Below, one piece after another: positions 10,538 to 20,319 of a DNA stretch of 64,000 nt; within the stretch, counting starts at the first letter, position 1, and the number at the start of each line of letters is the position of its first letter. A program made the position numbers and the translations under genes. Where the stretch lies: positions 445,593 to 509,592 of the forward strand of contig CAVTHO010000003.1 in assembly GCA_963734545.1 (NCBI GenBank), in the 5' to 3' direction. Under the pieces are notes generated by a model. That model was given only the letters and a program-made list of their open reading frames with translations. It made no database searches and was not told the DNA's origin. The DNA is from an uncultured Spirochaetota bacterium (lineage in GTDB: Bacteria > Spirochaetota > Spirochaetia > SZUA-6 > Fen-1364).

Positions 10538-11590
10538 TACTCGGCTGCTCCTCTCTGTCCCTCATGTCTCTTGCCTTCCGCCAGCATCTCCCAGGCGATG
10601 CGAGCAGCGCCGATCAGAACAGCGTCGCTGCCGAGCGCAGCCGGAACTATCGGGGTTTGCAGATACTGGAAAAGCTCGTCATGCGCCCTGACGGACTCGC
10701 GCAAAGGCTCGAAAAACAGGTCCCCTGCTTCAGCCAGGCCGCCTCCGACTATGACAATCTCCGGGTCGAGCAAGTGGATGACATTCGATATCCCGATTCC
10801 CAGATACCAGGCCGCCTCGCGAAGAATCCTCCGGCTCACCTCATCTGCTTCTCGCGCGGCCTGGCACACCATTCTCGCGTCAACAGCATCCGGTACCCCG
10901 CCGGCCAGCTCCCTGAGCGACGTATCGGCCCCTTCCTGAATGGCGCGAATGGCCTTTGCCCGGATAGCCGGTCCTGACGATAATTGCTCAAGGCATTCCC
11001 AGCCGGCGCTCCCGTCCCTCCGGTTGCCTGCAAGGATCGCCATGTGCCCCAGGTTTCCCGTCCCGCAGTGCGCGCCGCGGAAAATCCGGCCGTTCAGGAC
11101 CATTCCCATGCCGATCCCTGTCCCCACCGTAATGCACAGTAGATGATCCTTGCCTCTGCCCGGCTCCGTATTCCTTCTCCGCCAGCGCGGCCAGGTCCAC
11201 ATCGTGTCCGATGACCGCCGGCCGGCCGAACTCATCCTCTAGAATCCGGGCGAGAAACACATCCTTCCAGTCGGGGAGGTGGGCGGCGAAACGAACTATG
11301 CCCTCCTCAGGACACACAAAGCCTGGGGACCCTACCCCGAAGCCGCCGATACCGGCCAGTCCCTTTTGAAACGCATCCGCAACCTCCCGGATCGACTGCT
11401 TCATGGTTGCGAGCACATGGGAAGCCCCCAGAGACCCATCGATGAGCCTGCTGGTTCGACTGATGATTCGGCAATGCCTGTCGACAACCGCACATGCGAT
11501 GTGGGTCCCGCCCACATCCACGCCGATCACTTTGTCCCTTCGCTCGGCCTGCATGCGGCGTAAACGCTCATGGAGTGCGGTTCGGCGCAC
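10537..11590 (-). CDS. ROK family sugar kinase (glucokinase-like); one indel
   Basis: IGVDVGGT, GVGSPG, HDVDLAALAE, ITVGTGIGMG, GNLGHM, CLEQLSSG, LDPEIVIVGGG. Confidence 0.88.
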
Positions 11591-11609
11591 GGATTTCAGC
11601 GCACAGGAC

Positions 11610-12074
11610 TTACTGCATCCTGAAGCTCGCCAGGGTTGGTTTCACCAGCCGGGCGAAGTCCAGGTAGGAGAGCTGGATCAGCTCCGAGTGCGAGCATGCG
11701 TTGAAGGCGATTTCGTCATCCTCTGCAAGAGACTTCTCGACGTACACGGGAACGCCGTAGAGATTCCCGAAGGGAGGCATTGCCCCTTCTTCGCAGCCGG
11801 GGAACGTCTTCGCGAAATCATCCTCCGTCGCCAGTTCCACGGAGCCCGCGAGGCTCGCCGTGCGCAGCCGCTCGAGGTCCACGCGGTACTGGGAGGGAAG
11901 CACCGCCATGGTGATCTTCCCGTCGAGCTTGACGATGACAGACTTGGCGAGGTTCCTGCCTTTCACGTGTGCGGATGATGCGACTGCCGAAGATGTGTAC
12001 GCCTTGGAGTGCTGGATGGTCACGTACCTGACCGCGTTCTTGTCCAGATAATCCTTGAGTTTTTGTACTGGCAT
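11610..12074 (-). CDS. YbaK/EbsC family aminoacyl-tRNA deacylase
   Basis: AKSVIVK, FPGCEEGAMPPFG, FNACSHSELI. Confidence 0.9.
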   Translation of the reverse strand: MPVQKLKDYLDKNAVRYVTIQHSKAYTSSAVASSAHVKGRNLAKSVIVKLDGKITMAVLPSQYRVDLERLRTASLAGSVELATEDDFAKTFPGCEEGAMPPFGNLYGVPVYVEKSLAEDDEIAFNACSHSELIQLSYLDFARLVKPTLASFRMQ

Positions 12075-12180
12075 ATGCTATTCCCCCCTGGCCGTCATTC
12101 TCCTCCTCACTTGATCAATGCATTGTATCACCGGTGTCAAATGCCCTGGGGGCAGAGCCGCTGGCCTCACAGACACCACT

Positions 12181-12217
12181 TTGCACGCAGAAGTGCAATA
12201 ATGCACACCCCTTCGCG
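12181..12217 (+). promoter_or_regulatory. Putative bEBP enhancer (TTGCAC-N6-GTGCAA plus a degenerate second site)
   Basis: Perfect inverted repeat at 12181-12198; second TGCAC 20 bp later; ends 78 bp upstream of a sigma-54 motif. Confidence 0.6.
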
Positions 12218-12294
12218 ACGCGACATTCGGCGGCGCCATCGACTTTATCGCGGAATTTCCCGCCATTATTGCGGTCTTCCGACATTTCCGCGCA

Positions 12295-12310
12295 TGGCAC
12301 GATAGTTGCT
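12295..12310 (+). promoter_or_regulatory. Sigma-54 (-24/-12) promoter of the MCP gene
   Basis: TGGCAC-gatag-TTGCT. Confidence 0.82.
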
Positions 12311-12359
12311 TGTAAAAGTGTCAGAACGAGAAAACAGATTTTTCAAATGGAGGTTAGAA

Positions 12360-14174
12360 ATGAAAACCATGCGCAGCAAGCTTACTCTGACGATGATGCT
12401 GCTGGCCCTGCTGGCAGCCGGCATCAGCGGGTTCACCGTGCTCTGGCAGTACAACGCCTACGTGAACCAGACAACGGACTCGACCTTGCGCCGCGCCGTC
12501 CAGGCTGCCGGCCTTGCGGCCGATGTCTCGCAATGGCAAAGCCTGTACGAGCCTGACGCTGAAAAGTCCGGATACCACCTTGGCAATCTGCGACGGCTGA
12601 AGATCGTGCAGGAAACGTTCGGCCTTGCCTATGCGTATGTCATGGTCAAGGACGACAAGGGGAGCATCATCTTTATCTTCGACACGGGGAACCTGGATGG
12701 TACGAACGAGGAAAGCACGTTTCTGAAGGAATATGTCGACTTTCCAAATGAGCTGACGGAAGCGTTCGCCGGAAAAGACGTTGTCGTTTCCGCGCAGCCT
12801 TATACCGATGAGTTCGGAACATTCCGTTCGGCATTCCTTCCCATCCTGGACGCCGAGAGCAAGGCCACCGCAGTAGTAGGGGTTGACCTCAACATCTCCT
12901 TTCTTACGGATTTGCGCATGAAAACGCTTATGTCCTTTGGCATTGCCCTGCTGGCGTCGCTGGTCGCCGTGGCCCTGCTGGTCGTGCTTCTGGCCGGTCG
13001 CCTTGCACGTCCCTTGCGTATCCTTGCACAAGCGGCCAACCAGGTTGCGGAAGGCGACCTTCGCCGGACAATCAGCGTCAAGGCGCACGACGAGATCGGA
13101 AAGCTTGCCGCGAGCTTCAACTACATGAGAGAGCGGCTCAGCACCGTCATCGGTCAGATCCTGGACGCCTCGGGTCAGGTGGCCAGCTCGAGCGAGCAGC
13201 TGACGGTCACTGCGCAGGGCCTGTCCGAAGGCGCCCAGACCCAGGCCTCGACTCTCGAGCAGACGTCCGCTTCCGTGGAAGAGCTCACCGCATCTGTGGA
13301 CCAGGTCGCGGATCACGCCCAGAACCAGGCGGCCTCGGTAGAGCAGGCGTCTGGCAACATGCAGCAGGCCCAGCATGCCTCCCAGCAGGTCTCTCGGAGC
13401 CTCCAGGCGGTCTCCGGCGCGTCGCAGGAAACCATGGAGCGCGCCAGGAGCGGCGCTGAATCGGTCAACAGGACCGTGGAAGCCATCAGGTCGATTTCTT
13501 CGAACTCCGACCGGATCGCCGGCATCGTCAACGTCATCTCCGAAATCGCCGATCAGACCAACCTTCTCGCCCTCAACGCGGCGATAGAAGCGGCTCGGGC
13601 CGGAGAGCACGGCCGCGGATTCGCGGTGGTCGCGGACGAGGTTTCCCGGCTCGCGGAGCGCAGCTCCAATTCCACCAAGGAGATCGAGAGCCTCATCAGC
13701 TCATCCAGCCGCAGCGTCACCGCCGGAGTGGAGATCGCACAGAGCGCGCTGGGCGCGATGGACGGCATCATGGAAGGCGCGCGGAAAACAGGCGACACGG
13801 TGGCCGCCCTGGCAGCAGAAGTGGGGCAGTCCCTCGATGCCCTGGGTGAGGCGGGAAAGGCGACCGCAACCATTGCCGAGATGAGCCAGTCCATCTCCGC
13901 CGCTACCCAGGAGCAGAGCACGAACACGCGGCAGGTGGCCAAGGCCATCGACAACGTAAACGGTCTTACCCAGTCTGCAGCTTCAGCCGCCGAAGAGATG
14001 TCCGCGGCAACGCTGCAGCTATCGGGCCTCGCCGTGCATCTGCGGTCGCTGGTCGAACAGTTCCAGGTTGCTTCGGACTCAGCGGCCCCCGCGGCAACGA
14101 CAGGTGCGCGTGTTCTTGACTCCAAGCCCAGGCACGCCGTGATGCTGCACGAAAGAACTGCCGTCAGCGCGTAG
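12360..14174 (+). CDS. Methyl-accepting chemotaxis protein (TM, Cache-like sensor, TM, HAMP, MCP signal domain)
   Basis: GGAGG RBS; two TM segments; DEIGKLA HAMP; [33 protein letters not shown]. Confidence 0.95.
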   Translation: MKTMRSKLTLTMMLLALLAAGISGFTVLWQYNAYVNQTTDSTLRRAVQAAGLAADVSQWQSLYEPDAEKSGYHLGNLRRLKIVQETFGLAYAYVMVKDDKGSIIFIFDTGNLDGTNEESTFLKEYVDFPNELTEAFAGKDVVVSAQPYTDEFGTFRSAFLPILDAESKATAVVGVDLNISFLTDLRMKTLMSFGIALLASLVAVALLVVLLAGRLARPLRILAQAANQVAEGDLRRTISVKAHDEIGKLAASFNYMRERLSTVIGQILDASGQVASSSEQLTVTAQGLSEGAQTQASTLEQTSASVEELTASVDQVADHAQNQAASVEQASGNMQQAQHASQQVSRSLQAVSGASQETMERARSGAESVNRTVEAIRSISSNSDRIAGIVNVISEIADQTNLLALNAAIEAARAGEHGRGFAVVADEVSRLAERSSNSTKEIESLISSSSRSVTAGVEIAQSALGAMDGIMEGARKTGDTVAALAAEVGQSLDALGEAGKATATIAEMSQSISAATQEQSTNTRQVAKAIDNVNGLTQSAASAAEEMSAATLQLSGLAVHLRSLVEQFQVASDSAAPAATTGARVLDSKPRHAVMLHERTAVSA

Positions 14175-14305
14175 TTGTGAGGTGCGCCCGGGCGCAGCGT
14201 CGTCCGAGCGCACCATCAGTGGTTCGCGGACCGCACCGGCAGGCTCACGAGGTGGCCGTGCCCTGGAGATTGACAGCCGAATTGTCAGGGTTCATGATTG
14301 AACAA

Positions 14306-15616
14306 ATGTTGTCTCCTCACGATCGAGACAAGGTGGTGCGGGCTGTCGAAGAGGTCCGCGACGAGATGGTTGGTTTTCTCCAGCAGCTCGTACGGATCGA
14401 CACGGTTGCACCTCCGGGCAACAACTACCGCGAATGCGCGCAGGTGATTCTGAAGTTGATGAAGTCCTTCGGCTACGATGCGCGTCTCGTGGAGGTTCCA
14501 CCGGAGCATTTCGAGGGGATTGTGCGCGCCATAGGGTTTCCCATTCCCGAAAGCGGTTTGCTCCCACGCGTCAATGTGTTCGCGCGAAAGGAGGGAAGTC
14601 GCGCGGGAAAGGTCGTTCATTTCACCGGCCATTTCGACGTGGTCCCCCCAGGGGAAGGGTGGACCGTCGATCCTTTCGGGGGAGCTCTGCGGGACGGCAG
14701 GGTGTACGGAAGGGGCTCGACCGACCAGAAGTCAGGAATCGCGGCATCCCTCTTCGCTATCGAGGCGATCCGCAGGGCCGGGCTCACGCTGCCGGGCACA
14801 GTCGAGCAGTCGGCCACTGTCGACGAGGAATGGGCAGGCGAGGCGGGCCTGGGCTACCTGGTGGAGAAGGGCTATATCGGCCAGGGGAAGCAGGACTACG
14901 TGGTGATCACCGAGTGTCTCGACGTAGACGGGATCTGCCTGGGACACAGGGGGGCGCTCATCTTCGAGCTGCGGACTACCGGCAGGGTCGGCCATGGCTG
15001 CATGCCGCAGCTGGCCGTCAACGCGGTGGACAAGATGGCTTTCGTAATGGGCGCGATTGCAGCAGAGTTGCGGCCGAGGGTTGAATCGAGGATCTCACGG
15101 CAGCCGATCATGCCCGAGGGTTCCCGGCAATCGAGCATCTCTCCCATATGGATCGATGGATCGGCACGTGAAAAGCCTGGTGCGACGATACCGGCACTCT
15201 GTACGTCTTTCTGGAACAGGTGGTTCAATCCCGAGGAGAATATCGACGAGGTGAGGAAGGAGATCCTGGATTTCCTGGAAACATTGAAGAAGCGGGATCC
15301 TGAGTTGCGCCTGGAGATGGTGGAGCACTATTCGGCCGAGCCGGTCTCTGTGCCCGCGGACAGCGAGCTCGTCACCACCTATCAGGAGGAGATCAAGTCG
15401 ATTCTCGGCCGCGAGAGCCATTTGCTGCTCAGCCCGGGCTTTGACGATCAGAGATTTGTCGTTCTGCATGGAAAGATCGACACCTGCATCCTCCACGGCC
15501 CCGGAGTCCTGCAAATGGCGCACGCCCCCGATGAGTACGTGCCTGTGGATGACCTCGTGAACGCAGCCAAGATCATGGCCCTCTCCACCCTCGACCTTCT
15601 GGGAGCAGGCGAGTAG
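14306..15616 (+). CDS. M20 family metallo-deacylase (ArgE/DapE-like)
   Basis: GHFDVVP, YGRGSTDQKSG, DEE, GHG, AHAPDEYV; TTGACA-17-CATGAT-7-ATG upstream. Confidence 0.9.
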   Translation: MLSPHDRDKVVRAVEEVRDEMVGFLQQLVRIDTVAPPGNNYRECAQVILKLMKSFGYDARLVEVPPEHFEGIVRAIGFPIPESGLLPRVNVFARKEGSRAGKVVHFTGHFDVVPPGEGWTVDPFGGALRDGRVYGRGSTDQKSGIAASLFAIEAIRRAGLTLPGTVEQSATVDEEWAGEAGLGYLVEKGYIGQGKQDYVVITECLDVDGICLGHRGALIFELRTTGRVGHGCMPQLAVNAVDKMAFVMGAIAAELRPRVESRISRQPIMPEGSRQSSISPIWIDGSAREKPGATIPALCTSFWNRWFNPEENIDEVRKEILDFLETLKKRDPELRLEMVEHYSAEPVSVPADSELVTTYQEEIKSILGRESHLLLSPGFDDQRFVVLHGKIDTCILHGPGVLQMAHAPDEYVPVDDLVNAAKIMALSTLDLLGAGE

Positions 15617-15659
15617 CGCTTCCGCGGGGAACCGTGAGGCTCACTTACGGCTGCCAAGG

Positions 15660-15684
15660 AAAAGCCCCCGGTTTCCCGGGGGCC
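15660..15684 (-). terminator. Intrinsic terminator for the lipoprotein pair
   Basis: gcccccgg-tttc-ccgggggc hairpin with an A-run on its left (U-tail on the minus strand). Confidence 0.65.
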
Positions 15685-15726
15685 TCTATGCTCTCCGCTC
15701 TGGCGCGGGAAAGGCTGGTAAGCAGG

Positions 15727-17664
15727 CTACTGGCGTGAAAAGATCTGGTACGCCTCGCCAGCAGGGTCTATGGACGCCGGGTAATCCGGAGGGTTAGTAC
15801 TGTTGGCCTCCATTGTGTTGTTGTTGTTGCTTACGCGCAAGAGAGCATCTCTGTAGCTGACGGAGGGAGGCGGCGAAACCTCGACGAGCGCCTTGAAGTA
15901 GTGAGCGCCGCTGTCAGTCCAATCACCTGTTAGGGTGAAAGGGTATGTTGCTATCGGCGTAGTGTCAGTATCGTTGAGGTAGAGCGTAATCGAATTCACC
16001 GTGGTGACAGCTTTGCCCGGAAGCTGGGGGCCGTTGCCGTTGTACGCGGGATTGACCCACGTCCCCACGTAGACCGGACCCTCAGTCACCAGGAATGAAT
16101 AATCCCCCGAGCCCAAAGGCCCAGGTATCGCGGCAATATAGTAGGTCTGGTACGGCGTGAGGGCCACGGTTTCTGTGCTCTTGGACATCCTATCCACAAA
16201 CGTCTGTTGATCACTCTCGTACATATAGAGCTGGGCGACACCGGTCAAGGAAAAGACGGTATTCTGAGCATACGGGCCAGCTACGTACTGATAGAGAGCC
16301 AGACCGTCGCTTGGCAGGTTGCCTTGGGCTGGCGTGTCCCTGACGAGTGCTATGGGGGGATACTTGGGATTGTTGAACAGGTAGCCGTCGGGTTCGAAGC
16401 CTTTTCGATAGAACGTCACGTTTGCGGGAGGGTCCGACATGATGCACTGAGCTTGGTTTGCGTTCACCCACGTCAAGGTGCCACTCAAAGAGACGCCGGC
16501 CCCGGGTCCCCCGTGACTAAAAGTCATCGTAAAAGTGCTCCCGGCCAGAGACCAAGTGCCATTATTGTTCTCGATTGTTTCTGCGTAATCCTCCCAACCT
16601 ATGAACGTTCCGTCGGCTGCGAATTGGTTAACGGGATTGATATTCTTGAACCAGGCGCGATAGAAGTTCCAGGATCCCACGAGGCTAGGAGGGACGCTGG
16701 CCCCCACCTGGAAGCTTGCCGTGGCGCTGCCCGCGCGTATCCCGTCCGCAGTGAAGGCCGTCACGTCCAGCCGATAGTACCCCCTGTTGAGAGTGCTCCC
16801 AAAACTATAGCTTTCCCCTGTCCCCTGGCTCACCCCGTTCAGGTACCACACGTAGAGCACATTCGCCGTTCCATCACTCACCGACGCGGTTGCCGTCAGG
16901 CTCGTCCCTACCCCCACCGTGGCAGGTACCCCGCTGATGTCCACAGCTATCGGATTGGCCATCGCAGGGGTGATGTTCACCTCGATCGTGCCCATGTTGA
17001 CATTCGAGAAGTCATAGCTGCCCGACGTGGTTTGGCCTGAGACAATCCGCACCACCTCCACCGCGCCCATCACCGGGATGTTGTTCTCCCGCAGTTGCAG
17101 CGTCAGGGTGTAGTAGCCCGCCGCTATCGTGTAGCCGGAATAGTCGGCCTGGTTGCCCGAGACCCCAAAGTCCAGGCCTATCGCCGGGCCGCTGGGCGGC
17201 ACCAGAGACGCCTGGATCGAGGGGAACTGCAGGGAGGCCGTCCAGCTCACCGATAGATTCAAGTCCCCTGTCCCGCCAAGGGGTATGACGGTGATGGCCA
17301 GGGTGGTGTCCTGCCCCACGCTGAGGGTGGCCACATCCTGCCCCTGGCCGATGACGGTGCCCTCCGCGTTCAGCGCGCTGACCGTGACGGTCCAGGTCCC
17401 GAAGGTCAGTCCTTCCACGGTCACCGGCTCTCCGCCGCTGGACTGGGAGAATGAGGCACCGTTGGGACCTGCCCCGTCCACGGTGTAACTTGCCGCATCC
17501 ATGCTGATGGGTGGCAGCAGGGTCCTGGGGTTGATGTTGTTGTTGATCGATACGGTCAGCGATGCGCTCTTGACCGACGACTTTGGGAAGGGGCAGCCGG
17601 CCAGCAGCACGACAAGGGACGCTGCAACGCAGACGGCCAATAGTGCGAGACGTCTGTTTCTCAT
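15727..17664 (-). CDS. Surface lipoprotein, paralog 1 (beta-rich/Ig-like domains)
   Basis: Signal MRNRRLALLAVCVAASLVVLLAGC (lipobox LAGC); GAGGAGG RBS; 645 aa. Confidence 0.85.
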   Translation of the reverse strand: MRNRRLALLAVCVAASLVVLLAGCPFPKSSVKSASLTVSINNNINPRTLLPPISMDAASYTVDGAGPNGASFSQSSGGEPVTVEGLTFGTWTVTVSALNAEGTVIGQGQDVATLSVGQDTTLAITVIPLGGTGDLNLSVSWTASLQFPSIQASLVPPSGPAIGLDFGVSGNQADYSGYTIAAGYYTLTLQLRENNIPVMGAVEVVRIVSGQTTSGSYDFSNVNMGTIEVNITPAMANPIAVDISGVPATVGVGTSLTATASVSDGTANVLYVWYLNGVSQGTGESYSFGSTLNRGYYRLDVTAFTADGIRAGSATASFQVGASVPPSLVGSWNFYRAWFKNINPVNQFAADGTFIGWEDYAETIENNNGTWSLAGSTFTMTFSHGGPGAGVSLSGTLTWVNANQAQCIMSDPPANVTFYRKGFEPDGYLFNNPKYPPIALVRDTPAQGNLPSDGLALYQYVAGPYAQNTVFSLTGVAQLYMYESDQQTFVDRMSKSTETVALTPYQTYYIAAIPGPLGSGDYSFLVTEGPVYVGTWVNPAYNGNGPQLPGKAVTTVNSITLYLNDTDTTPIATYPFTLTGDWTDSGAHYFKALVEVSPPPSVSYRDALLRVSNNNNTMEANSTNPPDYPASIDPAGEAYQIFSRQ

Positions 17665-17698
17665 AATTCCTCCTCAACTTCTAAATCCACGTGATGAC

Positions 17699-17722
17699 TC
17701 AGAAAACGATCCGACTATTCAT
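17699..17722 (-). CDS. Putative 7-aa upstream ORF MNSRIVF
   Basis: AGGAGGAG RBS then ATG AAT AGT CGG ATC GTT TTC TGA; conserved in front of paralog 2. Confidence 0.4.
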   Translation of the reverse strand: MNSRIVF

Positions 17723-17807
17723 GTCCTGCTCCTCCTTTCCGAATTGACGTTTCCCGCACATCGGCGGCATAAGACCGGAGCAGCCGCAGGGCTGCCCCGG
17801 GAAGCTA

Positions 17808-19701
17808 CTAGCGAGCAAAGATGACGTAAGACTCTGAAGTCGGGTCCATGGACACCTGGTCCACCGTGCTCTTGGTGTCCACTTCCAGTGTGTTGCCATT
17901 GTTGCTCACGCGCATGAGAAAATAGCCGCCGCTGCCAATGCCTTTGAAGTAGCGATCCCCACCACTAGTCCAATCATTCACTATGGCGAAGATCTCGCTC
18001 TTATAAGGCGTTGTGTCGTAGTCGTTGGTGTAAAAGGTGTTCGAAGTCGCCGTCAGCACAATCTTGCCAGCCCCGCCGTTGTACGCGGGATTGACCCATG
18101 TCCCGACGTAGGCAGTCTCGGTCATCATTATGGAATAGTCTCCTGAGAGTCCGCTGCGATTTGACACAACGATGTAATAGGTATGGCCCGGCACAAGAGC
18201 TACAGCGTTTTGGGTACCGCCAGACCACCTTGGATGGCCCGGTTCAATCGTCGTCTGCTCATCCACATAAAACCAGATCTGAACGTTAATGCTCCAAGAA
18301 AGACGGGCATCCTGGGCATTCTGGCCTGCCACGTATTGATAGAGCGCCAGACCATCGCTCGGCAGGTTGCCTTGAGCTGGCGAGTCTCTAGCAAGCGTTA
18401 TTGGAGGATACTTGGGGTTGTTGAACAGGTAACCGTCTGGTTCGAAACCTTTTCGATAGATTGCTACGGTCTCCTGACCCGGTATCGAAAGCTGAACCTG
18501 GTTTGCATTCACCCATGTCAGAGGGACGCTCAGAGAGCCCCCGGGCCCCCCCTCACTAAAGACTAACGTCAAAGTGTCCCCGGAGAGAGACCAAGTGCCG
18601 TTAGCGCCGCTCATCGTTCCGGCGTAATCCTCCCAATTGTTGAAATTTCCGTTGGCGTCGAACTCCATCAAACCCGAATACTTGGCCCAGGCGCGATAGA
18701 AGTTCCAGGATCCCACGAGGCTAGGAGGGACGCTTGCTCCCACCTGGAAGCTTGCCGATGCACTGCCGGCGCGTATCCCGTCCGCAGTGAAGGCAGTCAC
18801 GTCCAGCCGATAGTACCCCCTGTTGAGAGTGCTCCCAAAACTGTAGCTTTCCCCTGTTGCCTGGCTCACCCCGTTCAGGTACCACACGTAGAGCACATTC
18901 GCCGTTCCATCACTCACCGACGCGGTTGCCGTCAGGCTCGTCCCTACCCCAATCGGGGAGGGCACCTCGCTGATGTTCACCGGTATCGGATTGGCCATCG
19001 CAGGGGTGATGTTCACCTCGATGGTGCCCATGTTGACATTCGAGAAGTCAAAGGTGCCCGACGTGGTTTGCCCTGAGACGATCCGCACCACCTCCACCGC
19101 GCCCATGACGGGGATGTTGTTCTCCCGCAATTGCAGCGTCAGGGTGTAGTAGCCCGCCGCTATCGTGTAGCCGGAATAGTCGGCCCGGTTGCCCGAGACC
19201 CCAAAGTCCAGGCTTATCGCCGGGCCGCTGGGCGGCACCAGAGACGCCTGGATCGAGGGGAACTGCAGGGAGGCCGTCCAGCTCACCGACAGATTCAAGT
19301 CCCCTGTCCCGCCAAGGGGTATGACGGTGACAGCCATGGTGGTGTTCTGCCCCACGCTGACGGTGGCCACATCCTGCCCCTGGCCGATGACGGTGCCCTC
19401 CGCGTTCAGCGCGCTGACCGTGACGGTCCAGGTCCCGAAGGTCAGGCCTTCCACGGTCACCGGTTCTCCGCCGCTGGACTGGGAGAATGAGGCACCGTTG
19501 GGACCTGCCCCGTCCACGGTGTAACTTGCCGCATCCATGCTGATGGGTGGCAGCAGGGTCCTGGGGTTGATGTTGTTGTTGATCGATACGGTCAGCGATG
19601 CGCTCTTGACCGACGACTTTGGGAAGGGGCAGCCGGCCAGCAGCACGACAAGGGACGCTGCAACGCAGACGGCTAACAGTGAGAGACAGTCTGTTTTTCA
19701 T
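17808..19701 (-). CDS. Surface lipoprotein, paralog 2; one extra base in the signal-peptide region
   Basis: N-terminal half almost identical to paralog 1; removing one base near 19688 restores MKNRRLSLLAVC...LAGC. Confidence 0.85.
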
Positions 19702-19736
19702 AATTCCTCCTCAACTTCTAAAATCCACGTGACGAC

Positions 19737-19760
19737 TCAGAAAAGGATCCGACTATTCAT
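19737..19760 (-). CDS. Putative 7-aa upstream ORF MNSRILF
   Basis: AGGAGGAG RBS then ATG AAT AGT CGG ATC CTT TTC TGA. Confidence 0.4.
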   Translation of the reverse strand: MNSRILF

Positions 19761-19824
19761 GTACTGCTCCTCCTTTCTGAATTGACGATTCCAACATGTG
19801 TCTCGATGACTCTTGCTCGGATCA

Positions 19825-19840
19825 TGCAAAGGGGATGCCA
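19825..19840 (-). promoter_or_regulatory. Sigma-54 (-24/-12) promoter of the lipoprotein pair
   Basis: Minus strand reads TGGCAT-cccct-TTGCA. Confidence 0.78.
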
Positions 19841-19915
19841 AGAATGAGCGGGTAGTGTTTATTCGTTTGAATGAAATGACTTATCGCTCTTTGCGGGAAA
19901 GACGTGACATCTCCA

Positions 19916-19958
19916 CCCCTGCAACTCAGGTTGCATTAGCAACCTATGGGTTGCAGGG
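19916..19958 (-). promoter_or_regulatory. Putative bEBP enhancer, same layout as 7843-7885
   Basis: Minus strand cccTGCAACccataggttgctaaTGCAACctgaGTTGCAgggg, 80 bp upstream of the sigma-54 motif. Confidence 0.7.
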
Positions 19959-19982
19959 GGGCGTCAACAACTGCCTGGCGTG

Positions 19983-20222
19983 TCAGCCGCGTTCGAGCGC
20001 GAGCCCGGCTGCGAGCACCGTCTCATCGTGAGGGGCTACGAGCTGGAGGTCCTCGATCGCCGAGTACGCGGCGGCGACTTCGCCCGGGTCCAGCTTCAGG
20101 GTGGCCTCGAGCTTCTCGCGCATCACGTCGGAGTACTCGTCCGCGCGCTTCGGAAATGTGGCCGCGTCTCCGCATCGGGAGCCGCCACCTGTGTAATACT
20201 CTTGCTTAGCGACGACGTTCAT
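19983..20222 (-). pseudogene. Small ORF, possibly a PIN/VapC-like fragment
   Basis: DEYSDVMREKL...AIEDLQLVAPHDETVLAAGLALE loosely resembles the middle of a PIN domain; no N-terminal DTN motif. Confidence 0.25.
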
Positions 20223-20319
20223 CCTCTGACATTCCGTGAAAGCAGCCCCCATCGTGGTGAGCCGTGGCGCGGTCCGCGAAGGGTGTGCCGCCTATCGGGC
20301 TGCCACAGGGTGCAGCAGC

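Larger units (their letters stand above)
16650..19790. repeat. Tandem duplication: about 16650-17755 versus about 18688-19790 (5' leader plus N-terminal half of the lipoproteins)
   Basis: Near-identical nucleotide sequence over about 1.1 kb, including the intergenic leader. Confidence 0.9.

Noticed and set aside
15727-19701. Diversity-generating retroelement (TR/VR pair)
   Set aside because: Differences between the copies involve all bases and indels, not adenine-only changes; no reverse transcriptase is present in the window
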